Shown one piece after another: positions 52,412-64,000 of a DNA stretch of 64,000 nt. Each line of letters opens with the position of its first letter. The first letter of the stretch is position 1. The translations under genes were made by a program, and so were the position numbers. The notes beneath the pieces were generated by a model, which saw nothing but the letters and a program-made list of their open reading frames with translations, was not told the DNA's origin and searched no databases. The DNA is from the human T2T-CHM13v2.0 reference genome, Homo sapiens, in NCBI RefSeq assembly GCF_009914755.1, contig NC_060925.1; one strand, given 5' to 3'.

Positions 52412-52779
52412 TCTCTACCTGTATTTTCTTCCTTGTTGGAGAAGAAGCCTCTGGGGTTTTGTAGGGTGGAGCTAGAAGTGAAAGCCTCAAGTCTTCTTCT
52501 GATTAAAACTTTGATTGGGTCTTCATCTCAAACATGCTCTGCTCCTCAGGCTGGGGATGATATATTCCCAAAACTACATGGTCATATGTTGGAGGACATA
52601 TGGCTATCTTCTATTCTTCAAAGCTTTGTCTCATACCACTGTTACAATAATTATTTGACAAGCCATCAGGCTGAGACACCTCAGTTCCTACGTCATCATG
52701 CTAAAATCCATCTCCATGTAAGCAGTAAAACAAAACTTAAGCTTAATCATCAGTAACTGCCAACTAACCTTTAACTAGA

Positions 52780-52930
52780 GATTTTGCACTTTAAACAAAC
52801 AAAAAATTTTTTTGGTCATGCTTCTGTGAATATCTTCACTCTTAGTGGGGTACTGAACCACTTGTGATCTGGTGCTGCCCAATTCATGAATTCCTGAATG
52901 CTCAAATAAACTCTTTAACATTTTAATGCG
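52780..52930 (+). mobile_element. ERV1-class LTR 3' end (MER34/39-like)
   Basis: ctggtgctgcccaattcatgaa...gctcaaataaactct...tcttttaaca. Confidence 0.55.
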
Positions 52931-52934
52931 CCCA

Positions 52935-53430
52935 AGTATATCTTTTAACACCATTGTTTAAAAAAACTAGAGCTGAACATAAGTTGAAGTAGTAAAAACA
53001 GATTTTTATTCACTATGGCAAGAAGGGAAAGGAGATCTCAGTATAGAACTGGGCTCAATTCAGAATACAATATGGAAGAGAAGGATTTACAGCCCAGGAG
53101 CAGAGTCAGGGTCAGTGGATGGAAAATTACTAAGACAAAACATCAGGGGTAAGGGGGATTCTGGCTAATCCAACTTGGCAAGATTCTTGCTGAAGACAGG
53201 CCAGGTGATCAGATAAAAAGGGTGGGGGATGGTGGAGGTTGAGGAATTTGATCAGATGTTGAAGATGATCAGATCTTAAGGGAGGAGGGGATTCTCTCTA
53301 AACTGACTTAGCAATCTTGCTGCAAATGGACTATACAAGCACAGTCACTGAAGCCCAGGTTGGAGACCTGGTTTAGAAGAGAACTTAGAGGAACTTAACT
53401 AAAGTTTGGTCAAGGAGATAGTCTTTGTCA
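52935..53430 (-). mobile_element. MER31-like ERV1 LTR
   Basis: gtatagaactgggctcaattc...ggatggaaaattactaag...aaagtttggtcaaggagatagtctttgtca. Confidence 0.7.
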
Positions 53431-54771
53431 CCACCACCTCCCTTAAAGTCAAGTTAACAGTTTTTAAAAATACTTACTTTATAGTATTTACCACCCTATC
53501 TGTCCTTGTTTCTGATGATTGCTTTGTTACTGATGGTCTGTATATTATTTCTTATGTGACTATTTTCCTCACGCGTTGTTAGAGATGAAGGTGAATCCAA
53601 GCCCATGGCTATTTCCATAGCACCAAACATACCACCTGGCAGAGAATCTTAAGTATATCTTAATATATTCCTGCTGAATAACTGAATGGATGAATAGGTG
53701 AACAGACTGTGGAGACCCTGGACTGTTGAAGATACCAAGCTTCCAGAACTGCTCTCTCTGATGACTGATGTTGGTGATGGGGATTCTGGTCCCATAAACA
53801 GCCGCCCCATTTAGATTATTTGCTCTTTATTTTTTCTAAGCCCCAAAGACCTCCAGGCACTATAACCTCTTCACCTGCATGAGATTTGCAAGTCATCAAT
53901 TCCTGCCCCGTGGTCCATTTCCTTTGTCAAGGGGAGAAAGTGATTCCCTGTAGTCTTCTGAATTTACAAAGAAAAGCTGTCCAGATGTGTCTGGCCTACC
54001 TCTCTCTGCTCTCTTTCCCTCACAGCCCCCTCATTTTGCCTCCAAATGAAATTCATTTCTGGCTGAGGGGAGAGAAAAAGGATTAGGGAGTCTATATGCA
54101 GCTTCTTTCAAGCTACAGGGGAGGGCAGATGGTTCCAGTCAGTGTTTTCTTTACAGGCAGATTTTGTTCCTTAAGGCAAAATGCAGGCTGGGATACACAG
54201 GCTGGCTTACCATTAACCCTTCTGGAGCCAAGTGGCCCTTCCAGGCTGGGTCAGTACAGGCTTCAGAGTCATGATGTGCTCAGGGGTCCAGGATAGAAGT
54301 TGTACCAGATCACAGGTTTGGGCTGGCTTAATGTTCCTTATAGGGAAGTATATTCCAAAATGCTATAATTATAGGGGCTCAGTGAGTTTGGCAAATAGTC
54401 AGGTAAGGCATTTAAAAGGAATTAGGCTTTAGTTTTACCTTGACAAATGGGGCTCATTAGTTTGGAAGGAGAGGGCAGAGTGGGCATTCTAAGCAAGCAA
54501 AATAATGTTATATTATGACAACAATTTGGTAAATTAGTTTAAATCCAGTAAGTATTAGTTGAATACCTAGTGTGTGCCAGACATGTGTATTTATGGATCT
54601 GTACTCCATCAGTAGATAAGTTACGTGCAGACAGAAACTGTCTGCATACTGACTAGATTAATAGGGCCTGGTGGTTCAATTATTGATCTCCTACTCCATG
54701 CCAGGTCCTTAGCTAGATGGCAGGGATTAGAGACAAAGATGGTTTCTGAAGTTAAGCTCATAGTCTAGCAG

Positions 54772-56895
54772 TGCTATGGTTTGAATGTCCCCTCCAAAAT
54801 TCATGTTGAAATTTGATTGCCATATAGAAATATTAAGAGGTAGGACCTTTATTTTAAAAAAAATTCAATAGATTTTTTGGGAATAGGTGTTTGGTTACAT
54901 GAATAATTTGGTTAAAATAATTACATGAATTGTTTGGTTACATGAATAAGTTCTTTAGTGATGATTTCTGATATTTTGGGACACCCATCCCCTGAGCAGT
55001 ACACATTGTACTCAATGTGTAGTCTTTTATCCCTCACCCCCACTCCCACCCTTTCTCCTGAGTCCCCAAAGTCCATTGTATCATTCTTATGCCTTTGCCT
55101 CCTCATAGCTTAGTTCCCACTTGTGAGTGAGAACATACAATGTTTGGTTTTCCTGAGTTACTTCATTTAGAATAGTGATCTCCAATTCCATCCAGGTTGC
55201 TGCAAATGCCATTATTTCATTCCTTTTCATGGCTGAGTAGAATCGTGGTATAGATACTACAATTTCTTTATCCACTCATTGATTGATGGACATTTGGACT
55301 GGTTCCATATTTTTACAATTGTGAATTGTGCAGCTATTAACATGCATGTACAAATGTCTTTTTCGTATAATGACTTCTTTTCCTCTGAGTAGATATCCAG
55401 TAGTGGGACTGCTGAATCAAATGGTAGTTCTACTTTTAGTACTTTAAGGAATCTCCACATTGTTTTCCATAGAGGTTGTACTAGTTTTCATTCCCACCAG
55501 CAGTGTAGAAGTGTTCCCTGTTCACTGCATCCACTCCAACATCTATTATTTTTTGTTTTTTTTTGATTATGGACATTCTTGCAGGAGTAAGATGGTATTA
55601 CATTGTGGTTTTGATTTGCATCTCCCTAATCATTAGTGATGTTGAGCATTTTTTCATATGTTTGTTGGCCATTTGTATATCTTCTTTTGAGAATTGTCTA
55701 TTCATGTCCTTAGCCCAATTTTTGATGCGATTTTTTTTTTTTCTTGCTGATTTGTTTGAGTTCCTTGTAGACTCTGGATATTAGTCCTTTGTTTGATCTA
55801 CAGATGGTGAAGATTTTCTCCCATTTGGTGGGTTGTCTGTTTACGCTGCTGATTGTTTCTTTTGCTGTGCAGAAGCTTTTTAGTTTAATTATGTCTCATT
55901 TATTTATCTTTGTTTTGTTTCATTTGCTTTTGGGTTCTTGGTCATGAGGTTTTGCCTAAGCCAATGTCTTCAAGGGTTTTTCTGGTGTTATCTTCCAGAA
56001 TTTTTATAACTTCAGGTCTTAGGTTTAACTCCTTGATCCATCTTGAGTTGATTTTTGTATAAAGTGAGAGATGAGGATCCAGTTTTATTCTTCTTCATGT
56101 GGCTTGCCAATTATCCCAGCACAAATTTGTTGAATAGGGTATCCTTTCCCCACTTTATGTTTTTGTGTGCTTTGTTGAAGATCAGTTGGCTGTAAGTATT
56201 TGGGTTTATTTCTGGGTTCTCTATTCTGTTCTGTTGGTTTATATGTACCTATTTTTATACCAGTACCATGCTGTTTTAGTGACGATGGCCTCATAGTATA
56301 GTTTGAAGTCAGGTAATGTGATGTCTCCAGATTTGTTCCTTTTGCTTAGTCTTTCTTTGGCTATGCGGGCCCTTTTTTGGTTCCATATGAATTTTAGAAT
56401 TGTTTTTTCTGGTTCTGTGAAGAATGATGGTGGTATTTTGATGGGAATTACATTAAATTTGTAGATTGCTTTCGGCAGTATGGTCATTTTCACAATATTG
56501 GTTTTACCCATCAATGAGCATGAGGTGAGTTTCAATTTGTTTGTGTTGTCTATGATTTCTTTCAGCAGTGTTTTGTAGTTTTCCTTGTAGAGGTCTTTTT
56601 GGAGGCAGGACCTTTAAGAACTAATTAGATCATGGGGGCTTTGCCCTGTATGAATGGATTAATTCATTTTAGTCAGAGTGGTTTTGTTATAAAAGTGAGA
56701 TCTCTCTCTCTCTCATGCTCTCTCACCATGCAATGCCCTCTGCTATCTTATGTTGTAGCAAAAAGGCCCCCGCCACATGCTAGCACCTTAATATGAAAAT
56801 TTCAACCTCCAGAACTGTAAAAAACAAATTTATTTTCTTTATAACTTACCCAGTCTGTGGTATTCTGTTACAGCAGCAGAAAACAAACTAAGATA
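54772..56895 (+). mobile_element. MLT1A/MSTC-like LTR split by an L1PB1 insertion
   Basis: tgctatggtttgaatgtcccctccaaaa at 54772; resumes at 56602 through aaactaagata. Confidence 0.8.
54852..56601 (-). mobile_element. L1PB1-like LINE-1 3' fragment
   Basis: ORF2 C-terminal peptides ([23 protein letters not shown]; [17 protein letters not shown]); TSD gagg(t/c)aggaccttta. Confidence 0.92.
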
Positions 56896-57006
56896 AGAAA
56901 TTACAATTACTGCGTACAAAGTTCAGAACAGCACAGAGAAGAGAGTGACCAATTTTGTCCAGTGGAGTCAAGGACATCTCACAGAGAATATGAGTCTGAG
57001 GTGAGG

Positions 57007-57317
57007 TTTTCTTTTGGTTTGTTTTCTATTTTTTGAGGCAGGGTCTCAGTTTGTCACTCAGGCTGGAATGCAATGGCACAGTCATGGTTCACTGCAACCT
57101 TGATCTCTTGTGGTCAAGTGATATTCCTGCCTCAGCCCCCACCAGCAGCTGAGCCTACAGGTGCTCGCCATTGTGCCCAGATAATTTTTAAATTTTTTAC
57201 AGGGACAAGGTCTCACAATGTTGCTCAGGCTGGTTTTGAATTCCTGGACTCAAGTGATCCTCCTGCCCTGGCCTCCCAAAGTGCTGTGATTATAGGCCTG
57301 GGCCACTGTGCCTGGCC
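57007..57317 (-). mobile_element. AluJ (diverged)
   Basis: Reverse Alu dimer with the J-type tcaagtgatcctcctgcc. Confidence 0.88.
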
Positions 57318-57579
57318 TGAACTGAGTTTCAAAGGAAAAATAAGATTTCTTTGGCTGGATGGGGGCAGATTACAGGGAATGGGGATGGGTGTTTTGGGCT
57401 GAGGAATAGCATATGCAAAGGCTTAGATGTATGAAATCACATGTGCATTTGGGGAAAACAACAAATTGTATGTTAAAAATGTTCACTTGAAAATGATTTA
57501 CTAAGAACCTGCTGTGTGGCAGGAACTGTTCAGGGTGCTGGGATACATGGTAGCCAAGGCAGACACATTTCTTTCTTGT

Positions 57580-57934
57580 TGTATTAGTCTGCTAGGGCTG
57601 CTGGAACAAAATACCACAGACTGGGTGGCTTGAACAAGAGAAATTTATGTTCTTACAATTCTGAAGGCTGGAAGGTGTTAACAGGGGTTGATTTCTTCTG
57701 GGCCCTCTCTCCTTGGCTTGTGGATGGTTGTCTTCTCCCTCTGTCTTCACATGGTCTTTCCTCTATGTATAAAGACACCAGTCATATTGGATTAAGGCTC
57801 ACTCTAATGACTTTATCTTTGCTCATTACATTTGCAATGCTCCTACTTTAAAATAAGGTCACATTCTGAGGTACTGGGGGTTAGGACTTCAACATATGAA
57901 TTTGGGCGTGAGGGACACAGTTCAGCCCATGACA
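57580..57934 (-). mobile_element. MLT1A0-like LTR
   Basis: tgtattagtctgctagggctgc...ggtcacattctgaggtactgggggttaggacttcaacatatgaattt. Confidence 0.85.
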
Positions 57935-58070
57935 CTAGCAAAGGGTTTAATTTGTGTGTGTGTAGGTAGGTAGGCAATAAATGACTACACCAGTAAGCAA
58001 TAATCTTAGATAATGGTAAGTGCTGTGAAGAAAATTAAAGCAAGATAATGGCATAGAAATTGACCGTTTT

Positions 58071-58230
58071 GGCCAGGCATGGTGGTGTCCACCTGTAGTC
58101 CCAGCTATTTGTGTGGCCGATGCGGGAGAATCGCTTGAGCCCCGGAGTTTGAAGCTCAGTAAGCTATGACTGTGTCACTGCACTCCAGCCTGGACAACAG
58201 AGTGAGACCCTGTCTCTAAAAAAATAAAAA
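58071..58230 (+). mobile_element. FRAM (free right Alu monomer)
   Basis: Single right-arm monomer with A tail and its own TSD agaaattgacc. Confidence 0.8.
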
Positions 58231-58999
58231 AGGGATAAAAAGAAATTGACCATTCATTCAGCAAATATCAATGGAACCTCATTTATGAGCCAAGATTTGG
58301 GTTTGTTGCTGGTGACTAAAGGGCCCATGACACATGACTCTTGGCCTTAAAGCATTCACAGGGTGGTAGAGGAAACCAAGGAAATATGTGAGGAGACCCC
58401 TTGGTTGGAGGTACATGGTTAATCAGGAATGCTGGAGCCGTTTCAGCTGAGAGAGGGGAGTTGGTGGCATCACGCAGGAATGGTCAGGGCATTAGAGTCC
58501 TACCTAGTAAGGAAAATCCATCTCCACGTTGTCCTAGAGATGAACTTCTCTTACTACTGAAGGAAGTAGAACAAAACATTCTTCCATCATGGCAGCCCAG
58601 ACACAATGGCCTGTGTCTTGACCCTTCTTTGCACCCAATCTAGCCAGGCACAGAGGTCCAGATCAGAGGAGACTGGCAAAGTGACAGCCGAAAGAATTCG
58701 TCTTGAGCAGTATGCATGTACCCTGGGCCACATGGTGGATAAAGTCGTGCACTTAGAGTGAACCTTTAACAAGTTCTGAAGCAGACATTAAAAAACACAG
58801 CTCTCCTAGAAAGTGACTGTGTCAGCTTAGACAAGCATAGGACAAGAGCAGCAAGGACCTCTCAGAAAGGAAATTGTATTAATCAGGTGGAGCGTGGGGA
58901 GAAATCCACCTGGGTCCAACTAAGACCGAGAAGAACATTCACTGGTTCCTCAGTGAGAAGGAGCCGAGAGAGTGTAACATAGTTAATTGTCAGGGAAGG

Positions 59000-59190
59000 A
59001 GCTCTCAAAGTTTAATGAGCTCAAGAATCACTTGGAGAGACTGTTTAACATGCCACTTGCAGGCCTTACTCCAGCAGCACTCATCTAGGAGTCTGTGGTG
59101 GAACCCTGGAATCAGCATTTTGAACAAACCACTTCTTCCAATATGTTTTGGATGTAGGTAGGTGGCTTACTTGATCACACGTTAAGGAAT
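59000..59190. mobile_element. MER5-like hAT MITE
   Basis: ctctcaaagttt...agaatcacttggagag...ccctggaatcagcatttt. Confidence 0.6.
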
Positions 59191-59467
59191 TTTGCCTCTG
59201 CATTATTAAATACAAATAGAATGTAAATAAACTGTATTGTAAATTGCATATAGTTTTCTATTCTATGAGTACTTTAGTCACTCTCAACAAGTTCATTAGA
59301 GTAACAAGAGTCCTTAGTTACCGCGGCAGTGCAAATATTATTATATACACATACCTGGACCGAGTAGGCCCCAGCTAAATATCTCAGGTACTATTCTGCT
59401 GCCTAGGGTGGGCAGAACGAGATTCACACTCCCCTTCAGACTGCTGACTGACTGGATACTGAGGGTT

Positions 59468-59499
<32 letters not shown>
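59468..59499. repeat. (TG)n microsatellite
   Basis: Direct reading. Confidence 0.95.
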
Positions 59500-59501
<2 letters not shown>

Positions 59502-59634
59502 CAGCAGACTGGGCTCACGTAACCATGACTTTGGTCAAGTTTCCAAAGCAACGGAAACAAACAGGGAGAAGACTTCATGTTGCTATGATGTGAATACTTA
59601 TGACATTTACTGAGAGCATACTATGTGCCAGGCA

Positions 59635-60330
59635 CTAGGGTTCCCCCAGAAGCAGACTCTGAGACAAAGATCGAAATGCAAGTCATTTTTAATTAGGTAA
59701 TGATCCCAGGAAACACCTATATGAAAGTGAGACAGAAACGGACAGGACCCAGTAAAAACTGTGTTTTCAAGTGTGTTACCCAGGGAACAACTAGAGCTGA
59801 GTTTTGCTGGGGTCTTCTGGTGTAGGGCACCCAACTGTTACAGTTTGACTGGAACTGAGGGGTTTGCGGGGACTTTCAGTGCAATATCCAGAAAAGTTTC
59901 AGGCAAATTGAGGTGCATTGTTCACTTGATCTGGGAGCCAGTGTATGTGCCTAATAGTATCCCAGCAAATAACTAAATTATCCCAACTTGGGGTGGGGGA
60001 TGAGGAAAGTGGGTTGTTTATCCACTAACTCACCATCTGTCATTGGTCAGGGATGATGCAGTTTCTAGATCCCCAACCTAGAGGTGCAGTTTCTCCTTGC
60101 AGCTCTTGAGAAGGTCTAAGTGCTGAGTAACCTGCTTGCTGGTGGTTGTGCTGTGTCTCTGTGAAATGGGAGCTGGTACGAGAATGCTCTTCGCTGCTTC
60201 TCATCGCTTAGTACTTTTCCTTCGTCACTTCCCTTTGTCTTCACTCTGACTGCCTGGGTTTGTACCCTGCCAAGTAAAGCATCAATAGCTTAACCTCTGC
60301 CTCAGGCTCTGCTTTCTAGAGGACCTGGGA
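59635..60330. mobile_element. Old ERVL LTR fragments (LTR16/33-like) with a MER94-like insert
   Basis: gggttcccccagaagcagactctgagac and ctcaggctctgctttctagaggacc termini. Confidence 0.45.
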
Positions 60331-62659
60331 TTTAGGAGACCTGAATTCAAGTCTCATTTCTTTGGCTGACTTGCTGTATCATTTTGGCTAATTAATTACT
60401 CTCTTGTGGATCTCAGTATCTCCACCTCCAAATGAAGAGATTGAAACTATATAGTCTCTTAGTGCCTTCTCAGTCCTCATATTCTCTGATTCCATAAGAT
60501 TCCCCTAAAAGACTTTTTATAAGTTCCTTGCTAAGCAGTAAGCCACAGACTCCTTTCAACTCAGTCATATTTTTTTTCCCCATCACTCTTAATGAATCTT
60601 GGTTTCCTGGGCAATTTTTATTTAAAAGAAAAAGAAGAATGGGGGAAAGAAAGTTTGGAAACTCATAATCTCTATGCCCCGAGGAGATTTTCCTAAAACA
60701 ATCTTTTTTTTTTTTTTTTTTTTTGGTGGGGGTAAGGGAACTTACTTTGCAAGAAAATTCAGTCGTTCTGAAATGGACTTTGAAACCAAAGACTGTGGAA
60801 AAGTTTAAGGAAAAGCACAAAGTGATTGGGGATAAATAGTTCCATATGAGTTACTGGATATAATATTTCTCCTTGTACTACTCAATTCTGGGTGAAAGCA
60901 GAGACTGCATGCTTGGTGTGTGCTAACAGATGTGTGTTTAGATTTAATGGGATTTTTAGAAGGGTCAAGATTTCCCCCAAAGAGTACTTACCCACTCTGC
61001 TCTCTGAAGGTCACAAGAAGCCACTCAAAATCCCACCTCCTTTTGTTCTCAGGCTTTAGAGGTTTTGTTCACTTCTGTCTATGATGAATAATTTGAAGAA
61101 GTCAGAAGGTGAATAATAACAACAGTAGTAATAATACTAACAGTAATATCATCAATACGCTATCAAATGTGGGCTGCATTAACTCATTAGGGTTTCACGA
61201 AAGATAAGCTTAGTAACTTGTCTGAAGCTACCCAGTGGTGGAGGTGAAATGTAAACCTAGACCTATCTGTTAGGCCCCCAGATCTGTGCTTTGGTCACTG
61301 TGTGAAATAGGAAGGGGATTGTAAATCGGGCAGTGTTCTGGACCAGAAGTCTTTTAGATGACTTCTAATTTGACTATCTTATAATTGTCTGCTTCTTTGG
61401 GTGGGAGAGAGTTAAACAGTTATTATGGGCCAGGCCTTGCCATAGTGAAGAGGAATCTAACATGGGCTCCTGCCTTCTGGAAACAGAGGCTCTAATAAGA
61501 AGGATAAGACACGTCATAGATGGGTCACTTTATACTTTAGATACAGATAATTAGCATACAGTAGACAGGGGTAAGTGAAAGGTCAGGGGAAATTACAAGG
61601 AGCATGACACCTTGTCATAGATCCCACTCTGGGTAGTTTCTCTTGAACTGGTCATGTGTTGCAAGTCATTTCGTGGGGACAAATTGTGGATAGGGTTGAT
61701 TCATGCCATTTCCTGCAGCTTTGCTGGCAGCTAAACCCCCTTGTGAATCTCATTACATCCACTAAGCTTGCATTCAGGAGCACGTTAGCAGCAGAGGGGA
61801 GGGTTTTGAGATATGAGGGCTGAGAGACAGGAGGGCAGGAGAAGGTCAGAGAGAAACTCTGATTCAAGGCTGCTTCTGAGGGCTTCACTTTGGGGGATCA
61901 ATTTCTGGGCCTGACACTGGCACACAGTAAGTCCTTAAAATATGCTGCTGCTGAAGAGGTTTTGAACATCTCCCTCACCATTTCAACTGAAACATTCCTG
62001 TTTCACATAGTGACCAAAGCACAGGCTTTGGGACCTAACAGATAGATCCAGTTTATCTACATTTGACCTCTCACCTGAGTCCCAGGATGACTCAGTCACT
62101 GGGTGACTTCAGACAAGTTATTAAGCTTGCAAGTAGCATGGTGCACTGGCAAGAGCCCTAGCTCTGGGATTACATTAAGGCTAGAAGTTTGGCTGTACTA
62201 TTTCCTAGTCATGTGACCTTGGGTAAGTTATTTAAGAGCCTCACGTTCAAGGAAGGGACATCATTTGAACAAGACCTTGAAGGTTGCACAAAATTTAAGC
62301 ATGTGGAAATATAAAGGAAAGAAACACGTTATAACTAGTAGAGTTGTAAGATTATGAATGATTTCTTTAAACATTATTTTTCTATGTAGGGGGACAAAAA
62401 TATGCATAAAAATAATAGCAAGTATTTATGAATTCTAGTGTTGGCAGAATAATTTACTTTTTTGAGGGAGATTTATTGTTTAGGAGAAATATTTAAATAG
62501 AATTTTGGTTATGAGAGGGCATGGCCAGAAGTTAGCCTGAAAGGAAAGGTTGATGCAAAGGTGGGGGCGGGGGGTGTTGTGTATAATCAACTAAAAGGTG
62601 CTGTACTCCTCGATACAGAGCAAGAAAGTGAGCCATGATGCTGCCCATGGCAGAGTGGC

Positions 62660-63062
62660 TAGTTGTTCTGCCACTCTGCAAATCTGCTTTCTTTTACTCT
62701 GGGGCACAAATTACATGTCCCAGTCTTTCTTGCAATGAGGCATGGCCCTGTGTTTCAGTCAGTGAAACATGGGTGGGAATTTCATGTGCCACCTGCAGGC
62801 ATGGCCCACAGAAAACCTTTTACATATAATTCCCTTTCTTTTCTTGTCTGCAGACTGGATATTGATACCCAGGCAAACTTGCCACCTTGTAGAAAGCGGC
62901 AGAACCTCTGTGAGCCTGGGTCCCTGAGTCACTGTGTGGAGCAGAGCTCTGTGACTGGATTTTACAGACTGACTGGGCTTTCCAAAAGTAGAACTATTCT
63001 TTTAAGCCTTTGAGATTTCAAGATTTTGCCCTAGTAGCAGCTAGTATTATCTTAATTAATAT
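62660..63062 (+). mobile_element. Old MLT1 (H/I/J-like) LTR
   Basis: tacatgtcccagtctttcttgcaatgaggcatggcc; gagcctgggtccctgagtcactgtgtggagcagagc. Confidence 0.7.
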
Positions 63063-64000
63063 AATACCAAATTTTGGGCTTCCTCAGGCAGGGCCCACAG
63101 GAGAAGATTACAGTCCTGAAACCTGGAGGAGAGAGGAGGTGAGAGGGAGTCCTCTAATGTAAGGTTAGCATGGACTGAGCAAAATGCCATCCTGCTGTGG
63201 CTGAAAATGGGAGTCTCTTGAGCAAAGTCTCTTGGTGTTTGGGATGAGCCCACCTGTTACCCACTGTTTTATTTTATATTTCTTCTATTATAGTGGCTTT
63301 GTAGTCTCCTTAGGACTTAAGTAGAGTTGGTTAAACACTCTGGTTTGGTGTTTCCTGTGCTTTGGGGAATTAGGGGCAGGCCAATATCTACATGTGGGAA
63401 GACCAGGGAAGATGCTATGGCAGCTTGGGGGAGCTTGGACAGGCAGAAATGAATGGCAGAGAAGCTTAGAGCAGAGATCTGGAAGGATAGGGGGCTACCA
63501 AGAGTATGTAAGCTGTCCTGGGAGTCTCAGAAATACCAGTAGTGATGTGGGTAGAGTTTGCTTTTGTTTCTGCAATTATGCAATTGAGGTTCCAATTGGG
63601 TTATGCCTCCTTAGATTCTAGAGGGGCTCTTTAAACTCCCCTTAGACTGGGGTTCTTGGGGATACTTTAGTTGCAGGTATTTTAAAAGATTTTTCAGTGA
63701 TGATTTTTTAATAAAGAGAAAAAAATACTAAAATGGAAAAGAAAAAATAAAAATTAAAGTTCTGAGCATATAGCATTGGGTCTAGCAGATAGTAAATAGT
63801 AGGTGCTCAATCAATGGTAGCCTTATCTGTTTTAAGGTTCACCATCAAATTGATTACAGCTTTTAGGAAGGAGGAATTCTTGGCACTATTTCACTTGTTA
63901 TTATTATCATTATTGTACATTGATTATCAGATGCATTCCAATTTTAGAAACATTTAAATGTTAAAAAAATGTGCCTCTGAGATTTAACAAAGTACCACAG

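Overview
This window is primate, almost certainly human, non-coding DNA and is mostly repeats: Alu/FLAM/FRAM, L1PB/L1M, L2, MIR, MaLR and ERV LTRs, ERVL-type pol/dUTPase remnants, and Tigger/hAT DNA-transposon fossils. I see no intact protein-coding gene. The recognisable non-repeat items are four fossils. (1) A full-length processed pseudogene of mitochondrial aspartate aminotransferase GOT2 (~7919-10355, +). (2) A ~1.16 kb NUMT covering the COX1 3' end, tRNA-Ser(UCN), tRNA-Asp, COX2, tRNA-Lys and the ATP8 5' part (~13000-14164). (3) A 3'-truncated, tailless 7SK retrocopy (17135-17364, -). (4) A U6 retrocopy whose tail has become (TA)30 (39151-39310, +). This order matches my unverified recollection of GOT2P1/MTCO2P34/RN7SKP291/RNU6-830P in the 1p32.3 gene-poor region. 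The most interesting observations: the NUMT encodes tarsier/ancestral-eutherian-type rather than anthropoid-type COX2 and ATP8; the GOT2 copy also keeps non-human ancestral residues; and there are several local duplications, namely a perfect 179-bp tandem, a 73-bp CCAAT-box tandem and a patchily conserved ~185-bp non-repeat segment copied into a MIR 1.4 kb away. I found no evidence for a novel multi-gene system. Repeat subfamily names and cross-species comparisons are from recalled consensus sequences and need RepeatMasker/BLAST confirmation.
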